From the IMG/VR virus record IMGVR_UViG_3300033232_000017, positions 1 through 28,992 of that record: a stretch of DNA of 28,992 nt. One strand, 5' to 3'. Positions 1 to 7,256 of the stretch are shown here, in pieces (position 1 is the stretch's first letter; each line of letters begins with the position of its first letter). The position numbers and the translations under genes are program-made. Source of the DNA: a virus (taxonomy: Duplodnaviria; Caudoviricetes). Below the pieces are notes generated by a model. That model worked only from the letters and a program-made list of their open reading frames with translations, was not told the DNA's origin and searched no databases.

Positions 1-170
1 TTGCCGACTATGCGAAAGTCGGCGCGGTTGGACTCACATAAATTCCGCAGGGCGCACTGAAGACTGGCGATACTTCCACCCAAAAGATCAGGTGGTATCT
101 CATTGAGGTAAACCCAGTCTTTTTTCTTCAGGAGCCACTGGTGTAGGACTTCGCGTTTGGTGATTTTCAT
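1..170 (-). CDS. Hypothetical protein, 3'-truncated by window edge (possible small DNA-binding protein)
   Basis: Not in the ORF track. ATG at 170 overlaps the TGA of the upstream ORF (ATGA). Hand translation MKITKREVLHQWLLKKKDWVYLNEIPPDLLGGSIASLQCALRNLCESNRADFRIVG stays open to base 1. Confidence 0.7.
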   Translation of the reverse strand, partial: MKITKREVLHQWLLKKKDWVYLNEIPPDLLGGSIASLQCALRNLCESNRADFRIVG

Positions 171-364
171 GGCCGCAACCAATCAAACCATCCTTGGTGT
201 AAACCGTAGTCAACTAAAAAAATAGCAACTGCAACTGCAACCATGAATGCAAAAAAGAACTGCGCAGATTGCATCCGTGTCAGTGGTATGTATTCATCAC
301 GCTCGATCTCCGGTATATGGGATTCCATGTGTGCCTTGTCCCGTTCAGTTGGTTGTTTCAGCAT
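167..364 (-). CDS. Small hypothetical membrane protein (65 aa)
   Basis: One hydrophobic stretch FFFAFMVAVAVAIFLV; overlaps both neighbouring ORFs; GAGG upstream of the start. Confidence 0.65.
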   Translation of the reverse strand: MLKQPTERDKAHMESHIPEIERDEYIPLTRMQSAQFFFAFMVAVAVAIFLVDYGLHQGWFDWLRP

Positions 365-543
365 TTGATGCCTCTCGATTCGTATTTGAGAAAGTCTTCA
401 GTGCGGTTAAACGGCAGGGCATGGTTCGGCAGCTTGGGCTTCCACCCGTGCTTACGCCATGTGACTGTGACATCAGTGCTGACCGCGTTACGGTAGACGA
501 AATTGGGCCTGAGCAGGCTAATATGAGGGTAGACAGTTTTCAT
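358..543 (-). CDS. Hypothetical protein (61 aa)
   Basis: Start moved to ATG at 543 (MKTVYPH...), preceded by an AAGGA Shine-Dalgarno; lies downstream of a predicted promoter. Confidence 0.6.
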   Translation of the reverse strand: MKTVYPHISLLRPNFVYRNAVSTDVTVTWRKHGWKPKLPNHALPFNRTEDFLKYESRGIKC

Positions 544-577
544 GTAGATGCTTTCCTTACAGTTGGTAGTGTGACAC

Positions 578-606
578 ACTGTACCACACTATTTTTAAAA
601 AGACAC
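578..606 (-). promoter_or_regulatory. Putative extended -10 sigma70-type promoter
   Basis: Minus-strand TGgTACAGT (586-578) in an AT-rich intergenic gap; the -35 is weak. Confidence 0.45.
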
Positions 607-625
607 ACAATTCAACAAATTTATT

Positions 626-2032
626 TCACACCCCTCGTATTTGTCGGTACTGCTTCACGGCGTTCCTCAGACCATCCTGAGTCTTGGCCTTCTCATCGAG
701 CGCCAGTGCTTGTGCTTGATCCAGTGTGTCTTTCATCAGTATGCGATGACAGACAACTGGTGCGCCTTGGCCCTGACGGCGCAGACGCGCATTGAACTGT
801 TCGTAAAGCTCCAGGCTCCAGTTCAACCCGAACCATACCAATGTGCGACCTGCCTTCTGTAGCCCATCGATCCCGTGTCCGGCGCTTCCAGGGTGAGCCA
901 GCATCAAAGGGCAGTCACCGTTTTGCCATCTGCGCATCGCCTCATTGAGTGCTCGCTCGCTCTTGCAACTGGTCAAGTTGATCGGGTTGATGTCCTTGAA
1001 CCGGGTCATGATCCTTTCGGCATCTGATCGGTAAGCATAGGCCAGAAATATCTGCTGCCCCATTGACTCCTCGATGATATCTTCCAGTGCGTCGAGCTTG
1101 AGACCGTGGATATGTTCCCACAGAGGCATTCCTGCAACCGGATACACAGCGCCATTGGAGAACTGCAAACAGGCGTTGGTGAGCGATGCCTGGTTGAACA
1201 CCTCCTTAGACTGCCCGTTATCCAGTTGCAAGAAGAACTCACGCTCCATCTGATCATAGCGTGCACGCAGATCATCGGGCATCTCCACCTCAATGTTATT
1301 CACGATGAGGTCTGGCAGCTTGTTGTAGTCCTCGGCACTCATCTCCAGAGTGATGTCACCTACCAGATTCTTTATCGTCGTCTCGGTGTCATCGTAGGGC
1401 ACCTCTTTGTATGGGCCTATCTTGCGGTAAAACCGGGTTCTGAAGGCCGTTTTGCTGACACCTAGACGCTCACCCTTATCCACCACTAAAAACTGCCCAT
1501 GCAGGTCTTTGTAGCCATTGCTGGCAGGGGTGCCGGTAAGACCTGTGCTCCATACAAAGTGACTAAGCACCTTGCGGATCGCCTTGACTCGATTGGTGAC
1601 ACTGTTCTTACACTTACTCACTTCGTCCCATATCAGACCGTTGAACGGCAGCGGCTTGTTCTTGCCGATGTAGTAAGTCTGTAGCGTTGCCGCCAGCCAT
1701 TCGAGATTCTCGTAGTTCACCAAGTAGATGTCAGCGGGGCGCATCAGTGCGCGGGTGCGTTGATCCTTGGTGCCTGTCATCATCGAGAATGTCAGGTGCT
1801 TCGTGTGTGACCAACGAGCGGCCTCTTGTCGCCACACCAAACGGATCACGCGGATCGGTGCGACTATGAGTATTCCGTTCAGGAAGCCGGTGGACAACAA
1901 GTGCACAGCAGAGGTCAGCGAAGTGATCGTCTTTCCTAGGCCGGGGTCCAACCATAGCATCGACGCGGGGTGGCTACACTGGTGGATGACAGCCTTCCTT
2001 TGATATTCGTGAAGCAGATCAGGGGTTAGCAT
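626..2032 (-). CDS. SNF2-family (SF2) helicase, APSE/BPP-1 type
   Basis: Q motif HEYQ, Walker A PGLGKT, Walker B WDEVS, motif III LTGTP, motif V HPGSAGHGIDGLQ, motif VI QFNARLRRQGQ; adjacent to VRR-NUC. Confidence 0.93.
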   Translation of the reverse strand: MLTPDLLHEYQRKAVIHQCSHPASMLWLDPGLGKTITSLTSAVHLLSTGFLNGILIVAPIRVIRLVWRQEAARWSHTKHLTFSMMTGTKDQRTRALMRPADIYLVNYENLEWLAATLQTYYIGKNKPLPFNGLIWDEVSKCKNSVTNRVKAIRKVLSHFVWSTGLTGTPASNGYKDLHGQFLVVDKGERLGVSKTAFRTRFYRKIGPYKEVPYDDTETTIKNLVGDITLEMSAEDYNKLPDLIVNNIEVEMPDDLRARYDQMEREFFLQLDNGQSKEVFNQASLTNACLQFSNGAVYPVAGMPLWEHIHGLKLDALEDIIEESMGQQIFLAYAYRSDAERIMTRFKDINPINLTSCKSERALNEAMRRWQNGDCPLMLAHPGSAGHGIDGLQKAGRTLVWFGLNWSLELYEQFNARLRRQGQGAPVVCHRILMKDTLDQAQALALDEKAKTQDGLRNAVKQYRQIRGV

Positions 2033-2041
2033 TGTGCGCTT

Positions 2042-2326
2042 TCATACAAACTCCATCACATCCACAATCGCCTTGCCATCGGCCACGTTGTCCACCACGA
2101 ACACCGGGACGTTCTGCTCCCGTAGGCGCTGGTGTTCACGCTCTTGTGCTGGTGTGGGCTTCTGACCCTCACGTTTGAACTCGACAAATACCACCTCACC
2201 CGATGGGGAAATCAGCAGACGGTCAGGTACTGCCGCACGACTGGGACTGGTGAATTTGTAGGTCAACCACCCTCTACTCTTGGCATATTCGCAGACCTTG
2301 GACTCAATCTGTTTTTCGAGCATCAC
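2042..2326 (-). CDS. VRR-NUC domain nuclease (likely junction resolvase)
   Basis: LEKQIE ... KFTSP ... VPDRL ... FVEFK ... PTPAQ pattern; canonical position between polymerase and SNF2 helicase. Confidence 0.92.
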   Translation of the reverse strand: MMLEKQIESKVCEYAKSRGWLTYKFTSPSRAAVPDRLLISPSGEVVFVEFKREGQKPTPAQEREHQRLREQNVPVFVVDNVADGKAIVDVMEFV

Positions 2327-2543
2327 GAGTCTCCAGTTCGATTAACAGATCAATGTAATGCTTGGCCTTCTCAAGATCATTGATCCCGTTTTTCTTGCGC
2401 CAGCGACATAGATACTTGATCGCATTCGCCTCACAGAAAGGGATATTGTTCGCGTGTATGAACTCGATAGGTTGAATCGGTAATTCCTTGTAATGGTTAC
2501 CGGAAATTTGAACATCTAGAGCGTTCAGTTCAGACCCAGACAT
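2304..2543 (-). CDS. DUF3310 protein (T7 gp1.7-like, putative nucleotide kinase)
   Basis: GNHY ... IQPIEFI ... FCEANAIKYLCRWRKKNGINDLEKAKHYID is the recognisable DUF3310 pattern. Confidence 0.88.
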   Translation of the reverse strand: MSGSELNALDVQISGNHYKELPIQPIEFIHANNIPFCEANAIKYLCRWRKKNGINDLEKAKHYIDLLIELETRDARKTD

Positions 2544-4357
2544 AGCGCCTCCACTTCCTTAACATAGTAGTCAAAATTAATCGGTAACACCGCGTCAGCG
2601 ATGTCATTGCAGACCTGTACTGTCCACCCGGCACAGATGCCTATGCATCGCCAGTTAGTCTTACCCTTGAGAGGCGGCATCCATTTGTTCAACGGGTTGC
2701 CACCCGTAGAGACGTAATAACGAGTGGTGTTCTGCACCTTCTGTTCACCCCATGCAAGGTGGCTGCTGCGGGGTACCTTGGCACGCAGCATGAAGTCCAT
2801 CTTGTCAGGCCACTGCTCCACCGTCTGACGGATCGGTGCGCCTTCGAGTAGCACCTTCTCTGCCACCTTGGGGACTACCAGGGCGCTCGCATTCTGGTGC
2901 CAGCTTAATTTGTGTTCGTAAGCACCTTTGCGCTTGACCTTACCAGATTCTGACAGCGCCACATAATTATTGACATCACGGATCAGCATGATCTTGTAGA
3001 CTACTTTTTCAAGCTCCAGACCTGTGCGATGCTGCCATGCTGCCGCCACAGTATCCAACATCCACTTCGATTCCCGAGGCACTCGGACGGTCAGACCGTC
3101 AGTGTTGATCTGAATCAACGTGAGTCCGGGGATTGTCATCAGCCCCTCGGCCAGCAGGCACAACAGCAACTGACCATTCAGGGTGATAGACATGGTGAAC
3201 TGCGGGTCGTAGAACACGCTGAACCTGTTGTTGCTGTCTCCATACGTGCCATTAAGCGCCAGCTTCAACATCGCGTTCTCAGCGGTACCCTTGGAATATT
3301 GTTTTCGCATCTCGTACAAATGCTTGTAGATGTCACAGAACTCGGTGCCAAGGTGTGCAGGGTAAAACCGATTGGTGATAGCCAGGTTAGGGTAGTACGA
3401 TGACACATCGAGGTCAACGACAATCTGGTGGTCGTTTGACTCCACCACCTCATTTTCTATGGAACCGTGGATGCCACCAAGACCAAACACAAAGTCGAAC
3501 CCGTTGACCCGTGCTACCAGATCATTGAACACACCTTTGGTTTCAGTAATGGTCTGCCCCTTGAACCACTCAAGTACCCGTATGAACTCGGGATGGTTGA
3601 ATTGAACCCACGGTAAGATGGTGTCCTTCAGTACGATGGTGGGTCGAGGGGTCTGTCTGGGTGTACGGCCATCAGGGCCGAATTCATAGCAGGAAACACC
3701 AGCCTCCTCCAGTTTCATCTCAAAATAGACTTTGCCTATCTTGGTGTCGTTGAAGTTGATCCAGTCACGACCAGGGTATTTGACGGTCAACTCCTCACGG
3801 AACCGGATCATCTCGTGTGACTCATTCAAGAACCGTTTGGTGGCCGCAACGTCGTGATGGTTGTAGTCCTTCAGTTTCAGCACCTGCTCTTGATCAAGAT
3901 TGCTGCCCACAGGATAAGGCAGGTCACTGATGTTGTCCATGCACATGTTGAACTCAAGTGCCTTCAGACCCGTGGATCGTGCCTTGTTGTCAAAATGATG
4001 AACCTTGAACAGATCAATCTGGGGCACGATACGATCAGCAGGTTTGATCGAGTGTGCCCACTTGTCATCATCTTGGGATGTAATGATCGCCTGTGCCTTG
4101 TCGTATAAGATACGGGCATCAGCGAAACCCATGCGATACAGGGTGTGCAGGATCGGGTAATCGAAGCCAAGGTTGTTGAACCCGACCATGCGTGCATTGG
4201 TGATTCTGAGATAGTTCAGGAACCCAATAATCTCTCTGGAATCATTGCGCCAGTCACTGATCTCGAACATCCATTTTATCGGGTACTCCGCATGTTCCAC
4301 TGCCATAGTGAACACGTTGGGAAATGTTTCCAAGTCGTAAACATAATCGTTGGTCAT
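2525..4357 (-). CDS. DNA polymerase, family B, with 3'-5' exonuclease domain (610 aa)
   Basis: ExoI YDLET, ExoII GFNNLGFD, ExoIII YNHHD; polymerase motifs DVSSYYP, KLALNGTYG, QINTDG, then KRKG. Start placed at ATG 4357 (MTNDYVYDLET) because the upstream extension is a hairpin. Confidence 0.9.
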   Translation of the reverse strand: MTNDYVYDLETFPNVFTMAVEHAEYPIKWMFEISDWRNDSREIIGFLNYLRITNARMVGFNNLGFDYPILHTLYRMGFADARILYDKAQAIITSQDDDKWAHSIKPADRIVPQIDLFKVHHFDNKARSTGLKALEFNMCMDNISDLPYPVGSNLDQEQVLKLKDYNHHDVAATKRFLNESHEMIRFREELTVKYPGRDWINFNDTKIGKVYFEMKLEEAGVSCYEFGPDGRTPRQTPRPTIVLKDTILPWVQFNHPEFIRVLEWFKGQTITETKGVFNDLVARVNGFDFVFGLGGIHGSIENEVVESNDHQIVVDLDVSSYYPNLAITNRFYPAHLGTEFCDIYKHLYEMRKQYSKGTAENAMLKLALNGTYGDSNNRFSVFYDPQFTMSITLNGQLLLCLLAEGLMTIPGLTLIQINTDGLTVRVPRESKWMLDTVAAAWQHRTGLELEKVVYKIMLIRDVNNYVALSESGKVKRKGAYEHKLSWHQNASALVVPKVAEKVLLEGAPIRQTVEQWPDKMDFMLRAKVPRSSHLAWGEQKVQNTTRYYVSTGGNPLNKWMPPLKGKTNWRCIGICAGWTVQVCNDIADAVLPINFDYYVKEVEALCLGLN

Positions 4358-4374
4358 TACCGTTACCGTGTAGG

Positions 4375-4422
4375 TGGGGTCACTGTTGCATCCTCCGGGA
4401 ACTCCCAGAGGCAGTGACCCCA
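4375..4422 (-). promoter_or_regulatory. Long intergenic stem-loop between SSB and polymerase
   Basis: 11-bp perfect inverted repeat TGGGGTCACTG (4375-4385)/CAGTGACCCCA (4412-4422) enclosing an inner stem CCTCTGGG/CCCGGAGG on the minus strand; no U-tract. Confidence 0.7.
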
Positions 4423-4431
4423 ATTCAATTA

Positions 4432-5079
4432 CTAACCCGCCAAGAACGATGGAAGACCAGGCATCACGGGTGCAGCGGGTGCAGCAGGCGCTTCAGTCAC
4501 AGCACCGAACATGTTGGTGACATCGGGGGCACCACCTTCACCGAATGCTTCATCGTCTTTAAAGAACTGGACAGCCACCAGATCACAACGGACACCGCGA
4601 CCGTGCTGGTTCTCCTGCATCCAAATCTTGACGGCAGCATTGACCCGGCAACCACCGTACATCTTGCGGGCCAGTGCCTGATAGGCCATCGTGTTCAGCG
4701 GATCAACAGCGGAGCCATCGGCTTGAATCATCTGAGGCTGGCGATCGCTACCGGCGGTGATGTATACGTTACCAGCGTAACCATCATAAGGCTTGAACGT
4801 CTTCTTGTTGATCTTCTCCTCACCGAGACCAAAGCAGCGGCTCTTGCGATCAGACTGGATCATCGCCATGACAGACTGTGCGTGTTCTTTCCACTTCTCG
4901 GCAGCCAGTGCAGCATAACGCTGCATGAACTGCTGGAAGCCCTGGTGGGCCTGAGGCATGATCAGTTCACAGTTGTAGCTAATGCGCTCTTTGCCGGTCT
5001 GCTCATTAACCTTGCGCTGGGGTTCGGCGAGGTGGGGGAAAGACAGACGGACATCAGACAGATAAATAATTTCACTCAT
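4432..5079 (-). CDS. DUF2815 single-stranded DNA-binding protein (T7 gp2.5-like fold)
   Basis: VRLSFPHLAEP ... MYGGCRVNA ... GRGVRCDLVAVQFFKDDEAFG; sits between DUF2800 and the polymerase. Confidence 0.88.
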   Translation of the reverse strand: MSEIIYLSDVRLSFPHLAEPQRKVNEQTGKERISYNCELIMPQAHQGFQQFMQRYAALAAEKWKEHAQSVMAMIQSDRKSRCFGLGEEKINKKTFKPYDGYAGNVYITAGSDRQPQMIQADGSAVDPLNTMAYQALARKMYGGCRVNAAVKIWMQENQHGRGVRCDLVAVQFFKDDEAFGEGGAPDVTNMFGAVTEAPAAPAAPVMPGLPSFLAG

Positions 5080-5092
5080 TTTGTTACTCCAA

Positions 5093-6394
5093 TTACACAG
5101 GTAAAAGCCACGAGGGCAGGGTTTCGGAAGCAGGTGCTTCCACGGCGCTGAACAGGGGTACAGCGTTCAGGTTGACAGCGGGTCGGCTGTCAGATTCAGG
5201 GGCGATAGTGAGCTTGCCAGCCAGCTTGCTGACATACTCAGTGTTCAAGGTTTTAAGCTGGCGCTCGGACAACTGCTTGCGAATCTTCTCACCAGCCTTG
5301 GTCGCCTCCCATGTCAGCTTCTCGGCCTTGGCGGGGCTCACCAGCTTTGTCTCGAACACAGCAGACTTAGGGATGCCCATCTTGATGAGCTTCTCGGCCA
5401 TCTGGTCTTCGGGTAGTGCCCATGCACGAGAGCCACGACCATACACCAGCTTGATCCCTGGGATGGCAGCACCAGACTCAAGGCGGCGTAGTGCCTCCTT
5501 CTCGACAGCTTCAAGGAACTGTCGCATCAAGGGTGCTGCTTCGATGATGGAGCGAAGCTGCTGATCGTTCATGCTGGTGGGGTCCTTATCAGCAGACTGC
5601 TGTGCAAGGTCCAAAGTTTCGGTTACAACAGGTTGGAACATGATACCTACCTCCTTCATTACATCATTGGCGAGGGCAGAACAACCACCCTTGTGTTTAC
5701 AAAACTTACAGTGATCACCCGATTTCAGTGGTGCAACGGGGTCGTCTGTTGCAGCAGCAGCAGCAGCGTATTTGCCGATACGCTCGATCATATGCTGAAC
5801 GGGTACCTCGTGCCAAGTAATCGGACTCATGCCTTTGAGTGCGAGCTTGGGTTGGATGACCGTCATGCGAATGCTCTTGAACGGGAAAGTACCGTTCACA
5901 GGAATACGCAGACTCGCTAGTTCCCCCAACGCATACAACTCAAGCTGTTCATTGTCCTGAGCGACCACGACACCCATGCCGTCTTTGTAATCGGCAATCT
6001 CCAGAACTTCAGCAGAGTGAATCCTCACATCGACAGTGCCACTCAGGTCTTCACGACCCAGCAGCCAAGAGGGGTTGACCTTGGCCTCAGGTTTGATCAG
6101 GCAGATACCCAGTGCATCACGACGCTGGCGTAGATAGTCGATGGCTACCTTGACCCTCGCTGCACGATCGGCATCAACGATGAATTCACCCTCGTGGTCT
6201 TTCATCCTGATACCGATCATGTTCATCGGGTCGCCCAGATTACTTTCGACGCATTTTTCAAGCACCGTATGGGTATGGGTGCCATCAACTGCGGCAGCAC
6301 CCGGCGTGTCAGGATACACAGCTTCTTCACGCACTGAGCCTGGACATCTCGTCCAGCGGTGCGCTTTTGAAGGGGATAGTTTGGCGTGACTCAT
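5093..6394 (-). CDS. DUF2800 PD-(D/E)XK Cas4-like nuclease
   Basis: HAKLSPSKAHRWTRCPGS N-terminus, GTHTH, GTVD ... IADYKDG, QLELYALG and HCKFCKHKGGC (four Cys, possible Fe-S cluster). Confidence 0.9.
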   Translation of the reverse strand: MSHAKLSPSKAHRWTRCPGSVREEAVYPDTPGAAAVDGTHTHTVLEKCVESNLGDPMNMIGIRMKDHEGEFIVDADRAARVKVAIDYLRQRRDALGICLIKPEAKVNPSWLLGREDLSGTVDVRIHSAEVLEIADYKDGMGVVVAQDNEQLELYALGELASLRIPVNGTFPFKSIRMTVIQPKLALKGMSPITWHEVPVQHMIERIGKYAAAAAATDDPVAPLKSGDHCKFCKHKGGCSALANDVMKEVGIMFQPVVTETLDLAQQSADKDPTSMNDQQLRSIIEAAPLMRQFLEAVEKEALRRLESGAAIPGIKLVYGRGSRAWALPEDQMAEKLIKMGIPKSAVFETKLVSPAKAEKLTWEATKAGEKIRKQLSERQLKTLNTEYVSKLAGKLTIAPESDSRPAVNLNAVPLFSAVEAPASETLPSWLLPV

Positions 6395-6396
6395 GA

Positions 6397-6894
6397 CTAT
6401 GCTTTCAATGCCTCAACACCTGCGTAGAACTGTCCCCAGTGTTCAGGACGCAGATCATTGATGTTGCGATAGCCCAAGCTGGCCAACAGCGGCTGGATGC
6501 CTTGGCCCTTCTGTGGCCCGATGGCCTTGTATGTGTCGAGCACATACTGAGTCAGGTCTTGGATCGTGTTGAAAGGCGAGGCGACCGGAACAGCGACCGG
6601 AGCTGGCGCGGTAACTGAGGCAGGTGCGGCCTGCTGGAACACAGGAGGCGCTGGCATGACAGGTGCAGCGGGGGCTGCTTGTGCAACAGGTGCAACAGGT
6701 GCAACAGGTGCAACAGGTGCTGGCGCGGGGGTTGGAGCCTGTACAACAGGTGCAGGTGGCGTTACAGTAGGCACCTTGGCTTGTTCGGCGACAGCTTGCT
6801 GCACCTCACGAGGCAAGGCGTCAACAAGGGACTGGAGCACTTTGGTGTTGGCGAGGATGGCTTCAGCGATCATCTGGATGGTCTTTTCATTCAT
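6397..6894 (-). CDS. Hypothetical protein with Pro/Ala-rich linker and small helical C-terminal domain
   Basis: Start at ATG 6894 (MNEKTIQ) after GAAGG; C-terminal LLASLGYRNINDLRPEHWGQFY resembles proteins commonly found upstream of DUF2800. Confidence 0.8.
   Translation of the reverse strand: MNEKTIQMIAEAILANTKVLQSLVDALPREVQQAVAEQAKVPTVTPPAPVVQAPTPAPAPVAPVAPVAPVAQAAPAAPVMPAPPVFQQAAPASVTAPAPVAVPVASPFNTIQDLTQYVLDTYKAIGPQKGQGIQPLLASLGYRNINDLRPEHWGQFYAGVEALKA
6682..6720. repeat. 9-bp in-frame tandem repeat (TGCAACAGG) x about 4, encoding APV repeats
   Basis: Directly visible: tgcaacaggtgcaacaggtgcaacaggtgcaacaggtgc. Confidence 0.9.
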
Positions 6895-7081
6895 GGTAGA
6901 TACCTTCGGCGGGTTGGTTACAGGGTGGTTTGATGACAATGCGCCCTTCGATGAAAGCGCTTATCAGTTCGCGCAAGACAAAGCTCGGCCCTCCGTATGC
7001 TTGTGCCTTGACGCTGAACAAGGTGCGATCCTGCGGGGTGAGTCTGAAATGCAGGAACGATGATCTGGTGTGTCGTTTCAT
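6887..7081 (-). CDS. Putative ribbon-helix-helix (CopG/Arc-like) DNA-binding protein (64 aa)
   Basis: Alternating beta pattern FLHFRL, helix TPQDRTLFSVKAQ, turn GG, helix SFVLRELISAFI; AGAGG SD before ATG 7081; first gene of the operon. Confidence 0.65.
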   Translation of the reverse strand: MKRHTRSSFLHFRLTPQDRTLFSVKAQAYGGPSFVLRELISAFIEGRIVIKPPCNQPAEGIYHE

Positions 7082-7098
7082 ATTTTTTCCTCTATCTG

Positions 7099-7136
7099 TT
7101 GCCACATTGTAGCACGATGAATTACAATAGTGTCAA
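7099..7136. promoter_or_regulatory. Overlapping divergent sigma70-type promoters forming a pseudo-palindrome
   Basis: Plus: TTGCCA (7099-7104)-18 bp-TACAAT (7123-7128). Minus: TTGACA (7136-7131)-19 bp-TACAAT (7111-7106) with a TG extension. Confidence 0.7.
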
Positions 7137-7166
7137 GTCTTTTTTAAAAATTTTTATGGAGATGTC

Positions 7167-7256
7167 ATGAACAGACGAAAAAAAACCCCTGGGGATGAGC
7201 CAAGGGTTAATGGTTTGGAGACCAAAGAGACAACCAACCGGGGTTATTCTACATGA
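7167..7256 (+). CDS. Putative 29-aa leader peptide translationally coupled to the primase
   Basis: GGAG at 7158-7161, ATG 7167, MNRRKKTPGDEPRVNGLETKETTNRGYST; TGA 7254-7256 overlaps the primase ATG 7253 (ATGA). Confidence 0.55.
   Translation: MNRRKKTPGDEPRVNGLETKETTNRGYST
7178..7239 (-). ncRNA. Predicted ~60-nt antisense RNA to the primase leader
   Basis: Minus-strand TTGTGT (7274-7269)-17 bp-TAGAAT (7251-7246) promoter and a minus-strand hairpin (7208-7184) running into T8 (7185-7178). Inferred only. Confidence 0.45.

Noticed and set aside
2304-4357. Modified-base genome system suggested by the unusual polymerase plus DUF3310
   Set aside because: No PurZ, dNTP hydrolase, queuosine-pathway or glycosyltransferase gene was recognised, and DUF3310 is common in ordinary phages.
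4358-4423. N-terminal extension of the polymerase given in the ORF track
   Set aside because: It starts at TTG inside the hairpin; the ExoI motif follows ATG 4357 immediately, as expected for the true start.
4324-5920. Long plus-strand ORFs opposite SSB and DUF2800, and similar antisense ORFs elsewhere such as 25790-26647
   Set aside because: They are shadows of real genes on the other strand, with no SD or recognisable motifs.
7178-7198. Programmed -1 frameshift at the A8 run fusing the leader ORF to the primase
   Set aside because: The -1 frame hits TGA at 7196-7198, so no fusion product is possible.
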